The position numbers and the translations under genes were made by a program. From assembly GCA_965226585.1 (NCBI GenBank), contig OZ245366.1:352001-416000 (forward strand): a DNA stretch of 64,000 bases, in the 5' to 3' direction. This DNA comes from Thermodesulfobacteriota bacterium. Its GTDB lineage: Bacteria; Desulfobacterota_D; UBA1144; Nemesobacterales; Mycalebacteriaceae. Below the pieces are notes generated by a model, which did not search any database, was not told the DNA's origin, and saw only the letters and a program-made list of their open reading frames with translations. Shown piece by piece: positions 60,233 to 64,000 of this stretch (within the stretch, counting starts at the first letter, position 1; the number at the start of each line of letters is the position of its first letter).

Positions 60233-60410
60233 TGGTTGCGCAAAATATAGTTCTGGCGGTTGCCGATGTAACGGAGCTTATCCTTACGGTCTACACATGG
60301 CTCATAGTGGATCGCGCCGTAATGGTTGCGCAAAACATAGTTCTGGCGGTCGCCGATGTAACGGGGATTATCCTTACGGTCTACACATGGCTCATAGTGG
60401 CTCGCGCCGT
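60231..60410 (+). repeat. Direct tandem repeat, 2 x 90 bp
   Basis: 60231-60320 vs 60321-60410 differ at 5 of 90 positions. Confidence 0.97.
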
Positions 60411-60612
60411 TGTTTCGTGGGTTGACCCCAGCCCGTACAACCCGATAGTGAATTTTCTCTACTCCGCCACCGAGCCGGTTCTGGAAAGGGCGAGGCGCGT
60501 GATACCTTCGCTCGGAGGGATTGACCTGTCGCCGCTTGCGGTGCTGTTTCTCTTAATCGCGCTCAGGCGCATTGTTGTGGCTACGCTCTACGGCATTGCT
60601 CAAGGGCTCTAA
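60232..60612 (+). CDS. yggT: YggT family membrane protein with duplicated N-terminal 30 aa
   Basis: SWV..NPIV..TEP..GGIDLSP; yggS-proC-yggT synteny. Confidence 0.9.
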   Translation: MVAQNIVLAVADVTELILTVYTWLIVDRAVMVAQNIVLAVADVTGIILTVYTWLIVARAVVSWVDPSPYNPIVNFLYSATEPVLERARRVIPSLGGIDLSPLAVLFLLIALRRIVVATLYGIAQGL

Positions 60613-60629
60613 AAACAAGGGGCGGAAAA

Positions 60630-61400
60630 GTGGCTCAAATCAAGGTGGGGAAGATTGTTGCGAACTACGAAACCGCCCGCGCGGAGCCTGCGGGGAGGTG
60701 CGTTGTTATGCTTCACGGCGCGGGGCAGAGCGCTGTGTGCTGGGAGAATCAACTCTCCGCCCTCGCAGGCTACACCCGTTTTCCGTCTCTCGCCCTTGAC
60801 CTTCCCGGACACGGCAAAAGCGGCGGCGAGGCGATGACTTCAATGGATGATTACGCCGCGTTTGTGGAGGATTTCTGCACAGCGGCGGGCATTTCAGAGC
60901 CCGTTCTGATAGGGCATTCAATGGGCGGAAGAATAGCCCAGATTCTCATTCCCGCCGGTAAAGTAAAGCCGCCCGGCTGTATGCTTGTTGCCACGGGGAC
61001 GCGAATACGAGTTTCCCGGTGGTCTCTCAAAACGGTGATGAGCGACTACGAAAATTTCTGCGCAACCGCCGCGCAAAACGCTTTTCCTCCCGCCGCTTCC
61101 TCCCGCGTCAGAAATGTGTTTCTCAAGCGGCTTCTGGCAACCCCGAAAGAGACAAGCCACTCAGACCTTCTCGCCTGCGACGGTTTTGACGCCACCGCTT
61201 CCGCCCGCGCGATAGACATCCCGGCCGTGATTGTTGCCGGGGAAAAAGACATACTCACGCCCGCAAAACACACGGACGGTCTTCACGCAAGCATAAAGGG
61301 GTCAAAACTGTTCACCGTTGAGGGGGCGGGGCATTTTATGATGATGGAAACGCCCGCCGCTTTTAACAAGATAATGCTGGATTTTTTGAACCTGCTTTGA
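60630..61400 (+). CDS. Alpha/beta fold hydrolase
   Basis: LHGAG, DLPGHGKS, GHSMGG, GAGH. Confidence 0.9.
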   Translation: MAQIKVGKIVANYETARAEPAGRCVVMLHGAGQSAVCWENQLSALAGYTRFPSLALDLPGHGKSGGEAMTSMDDYAAFVEDFCTAAGISEPVLIGHSMGGRIAQILIPAGKVKPPGCMLVATGTRIRVSRWSLKTVMSDYENFCATAAQNAFPPAASSRVRNVFLKRLLATPKETSHSDLLACDGFDATASARAIDIPAVIVAGEKDILTPAKHTDGLHASIKGSKLFTVEGAGHFMMMETPAAFNKIMLDFLNLL

Positions 61401-61489
61401 AGGGCGGTCTTTCGCCGTCATTCTTTGTTTGTTGGGTTTGTTTGTTTAGAATAAGGTTTCAATTCCACAACGCACAGGAGGATGCAATT

Positions 61490-62149
61490 ATGAAAATTTC
61501 TCTTTTGGGAGGCACCGGCGACATTGCCGAGGGTCTCGTTCTGAGATGGTCAAAAGCGGGGCATGAAATCTTTGTCGGCTCAAGGAATCAGGAAAAAGCG
61601 GACACCATAACCGCCGAATACGTTGAGAAGATAAAAGCCCTTGGTGTTGAGCCGAATGTTCACGGAATGGAGAACGCGCAAGCCGCGGAGAGTTCCGAGG
61701 TGATTGTTATAAGCATTCCGCCCGAATACGCGGCGGACACGATAGCGGCTCTTGCCGGCAGTATAACAAACCAGATTGTTATCACGCCCGTTGTGCCGAT
61801 GGCGAAAGAGGGCAAATCGTTTCTTTTTGTTCCGCCGTCACAGGGTTCAAGCGCGCTTGAGATAAAGGAGAAACTGCCGCCGACCGCGCGCTTGGTTTCC
61901 GCGTATCACAACCTTCCGGCAAAGGGTCTCAGCAATGTGGACAAAGATCTGGACGCAGATGTTGTTATCTGCGGCGATGACGAAGAGGCGAAGCAGGTTG
62001 TTACAAAACTGACCGGCGACCTTTCCGGCTTGAGAACGCTTGATGCGGGGCCGCTTGAGATTTCACCGATGATAGAGGCGATTACGCCGCTGATAGTGAA
62101 CCTCAACATACGCCACAAGAAACACTTCTCCGTGAAGTTTGTTGACTGA
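61490..62149 (+). CDS. npdG: NADPH-dependent F420 reductase (F420H2:NADP+ oxidoreductase)
   Basis: LGGTG..GLVLRW..GSR, QGSSA, VSAYHNL, DAGPL; AGGAGG RBS before ATG 61490. Confidence 0.82.
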   Translation: MKISLLGGTGDIAEGLVLRWSKAGHEIFVGSRNQEKADTITAEYVEKIKALGVEPNVHGMENAQAAESSEVIVISIPPEYAADTIAALAGSITNQIVITPVVPMAKEGKSFLFVPPSQGSSALEIKEKLPPTARLVSAYHNLPAKGLSNVDKDLDADVVICGDDEEAKQVVTKLTGDLSGLRTLDAGPLEISPMIEAITPLIVNLNIRHKKHFSVKFVD

Positions 62150-62153
62150 GCCG

Positions 62154-62570
62154 TTAGCCGGTTGTCTGAACCAATATCTCGCGCGTTCTGGGGCGGTTGT
62201 CAAAGTCCACAAGGACTATCTGTTGCCATGTTCCCAGAAGCATGCGCGATTCCGCAAACGGAGCTGAGAATGAAGCCCCGGCAACCGCCGCTCTAACGTG
62301 CGAGTGTCCGTTGCCGTCTCCCCATCTGGCGTTGTGGGCATACTCGATGTTCTGCGGGGCGAGCCGTTCAAAGGCGGCTTTCAAGTCTGCCACTGCTCCG
62401 CTTTCAAACTCTATCGTGGTGATTCCGGCGGTTGAGCCGGGCACAAAAACGGTTGCCGTTCCTTCGTCAAAAGGCGAGGATAAGACAATCTCCGCCACTT
62501 GCGCCGTGATGTCTATTATGTCTGTGTCTCCGCCGGTTGACACTTGAAACGACCGTATTTCCGAAGCCAT
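62154..62570 (-). CDS. yjbQ: YjbQ/UPF0047 family protein
   Basis: GSTAGITTIE, DGNGHSHVRA, LGTWQQI. Confidence 0.9.
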   Translation of the reverse strand: MASEIRSFQVSTGGDTDIIDITAQVAEIVLSSPFDEGTATVFVPGSTAGITTIEFESGAVADLKAAFERLAPQNIEYAHNARWGDGNGHSHVRAAVAGASFSAPFAESRMLLGTWQQIVLVDFDNRPRTREILVQTTG

Positions 62571-62634
62571 TGTTTTCCCCCTTCCTCTATTGTGTATCTT
62601 ACCTGTGAAAATTTTACCGGAAAGGAGAGAATTT

Positions 62635-63717
62635 ATGGCATCCAAAGCGGACATAAAAAACACGGAAGCCCTGCTTGCCGAGCTTACCGAAGCGGACGGC
62701 GTTGCGGGCTATGAGCGTGAAGTTTCAGAGGTTATAAAAAAGCGTTTCAGAAAACTCGGTTCTGTTACCGCAGACAGAATGGGAAGTCTTATTTGCGAGG
62801 CGCGCGGGCGTTCCGCCGCCCCGAAGATAATGCTTGCCGGGCACATGGACGAGATAGGTTTTATGATACGCGCCGTAACTCCGGACGGGTTTTTGAAGTT
62901 CACTCCTCTGGGCGGCTGGTGGGATCAGGTTTTGCTTGCGCAGAGGGTAAAAATCAAAACATCAAAAGGCGAGGTTGAGGGTGTGATAGGGGCAAAGCCG
63001 CCGCATTTGATTCCGCAGGAGGAGCGGAGCAAGATGGTTTTGAAAAAGAGCATGTACATAGACATTGGCGCTTCGTCTGACAAAGAGGTTGAAAAGGCGG
63101 GTGTTCGCGCCGGCGACCCGGCGGTTCCGGTGAGTGAGTTCACAAAACTCGCAAAAGAGGGGGCGTATATGGCGAAGGCGTTTGACGACAGGGTAGGTTG
63201 CGCGGTGGTGATTTCCGCGCTTGCCGCTCTTGGCAAGAGCCATCCGGGAACGGTTTACGGCGTGGCGACCGTTCAGGAGGAGGTTGGCGTTAGAGGGGCG
63301 ACAACGAGTGTGGAGGCGGTTGACCCGGATGCGGCGATAATTTTAGAGTCTGACATATCCGGTGATGTTCCGGGAATAAGCAATGAGGAGTCATCCACAA
63401 AGTTGGGCGGAGGCCCCTCGCTGTTGCTCTATGATGCGAGGATGATACCGAATCTGAAACTGCGCGACCTTGTGATACAGACGGCGAAGAGGGTAAAGGT
63501 TCCGCTTCAGTTTGCCACAATGGAAGGCGGCGCGACAGACGGCGGGGCGATACATCTGCACAAACAGGGTGTTCCGACCGTAGTTCTCGGCGTTCCCACA
63601 CGGCACATACACAGCCACAACTCAATTATTCAGAGAAGGGACTTTGAGAATACGGTGAAGTTGCTTGTGGAGGTGGTGAAAAGGCTGGACGGGAAGACGG
63701 TTAAAGGGCTTGCGTGA
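62635..63717 (+). CDS. M42 family metallopeptidase
   Basis: AGHMDEIG, KAFDDRVG, QEEVGVRGA, GATD, RHIHS; AGGAG RBS. Confidence 0.93.
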   Translation: MASKADIKNTEALLAELTEADGVAGYEREVSEVIKKRFRKLGSVTADRMGSLICEARGRSAAPKIMLAGHMDEIGFMIRAVTPDGFLKFTPLGGWWDQVLLAQRVKIKTSKGEVEGVIGAKPPHLIPQEERSKMVLKKSMYIDIGASSDKEVEKAGVRAGDPAVPVSEFTKLAKEGAYMAKAFDDRVGCAVVISALAALGKSHPGTVYGVATVQEEVGVRGATTSVEAVDPDAAIILESDISGDVPGISNEESSTKLGGGPSLLLYDARMIPNLKLRDLVIQTAKRVKVPLQFATMEGGATDGGAIHLHKQGVPTVVLGVPTRHIHSHNSIIQRRDFENTVKLLVEVVKRLDGKTVKGLA

Positions 63718-63962
63718 AGGGTGGTTGGTCCTTTACAATTGTTTCCGAGATGGGCAAATCCAGAAAGAGTTTCATTCAGTGTGACCGTTGCGGGCATGAA
63801 GAATTTCTTGCGTCCACATCTGCCTCAGAGATTTTAAGGTTTCCCAAAAATGACCCTTCAGAATTTGATAATGTTACGAACAAGGATCACCGCATTGAAT
63901 ACATTCAGTGTAATGAATGCGGTGAAGAATTGGATTTACATGAGATAGGATTTTATGGTTAA
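63714..63962 (+). CDS. Small hypothetical protein with two CxxC motifs
   Basis: CDRC and CNEC; start GTG 63714 or ATG 63750; AT-richer than flank. Confidence 0.5.
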   Translation: MKGGWSFTIVSEMGKSRKSFIQCDRCGHEEFLASTSASEILRFPKNDPSEFDNVTNKDHRIEYIQCNECGEELDLHEIGFYG

Positions 63963-64000
63963 TATTTTATTCTCCGAGTACTGCACTTTTCCTTTTTGAA

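Overview
Densely packed bacterial chromosomal segment, mostly housekeeping: lon (5'-partial), RRM protein, dnaE, comEC, ispDF, purB, DsbA-like, gshA, a CLC-CBS transporter, a CPA2 antiporter, the atpF'-F-H-A-G-D-C operon, class II RNR (nrdJ) with tandem NrdR boxes, ruvX, grxD-bolA, a cobalamin cluster (cobB-cobD-cobQ-cobW-cobN), a galE-like gene, tRNA-Leu(CAG), groES-groEL, argH, ChdC-like-ftsY-ribD-nadD-rsfS, prmC-murA-hisG, yggS-proC-yggT, npdG, yjbQ and an M42 peptidase. The split atp operon, ispDF fusion and RRM protein suggest a deltaproteobacteria-like diderm, possibly Candidatus Dadabacteria (inference only). Four AT-rich islets carrying putative defence genes, with no mobility genes, interrupt the backbone: a sacsin-like ATPase/DUF3883 nuclease, a type II R-M pair plus a Panacea antitoxin with an unrecognised partner, an orphan UDG-superfamily protein, and an HNH nuclease inside the cob operon. 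Other points read from the sequence: a CLC with a rewired anion filter, an apparent ATA start for rsfS, several likely leaderless genes, a 90-bp tandem duplication in yggT, and a catalytically degenerate ComEC nuclease domain. The ORF track gives the wrong strand for 44740..45657 (it is on the minus strand). No CRISPR array, rRNA, transposase or integrase was seen. All product calls come from motif recognition, not database searches.
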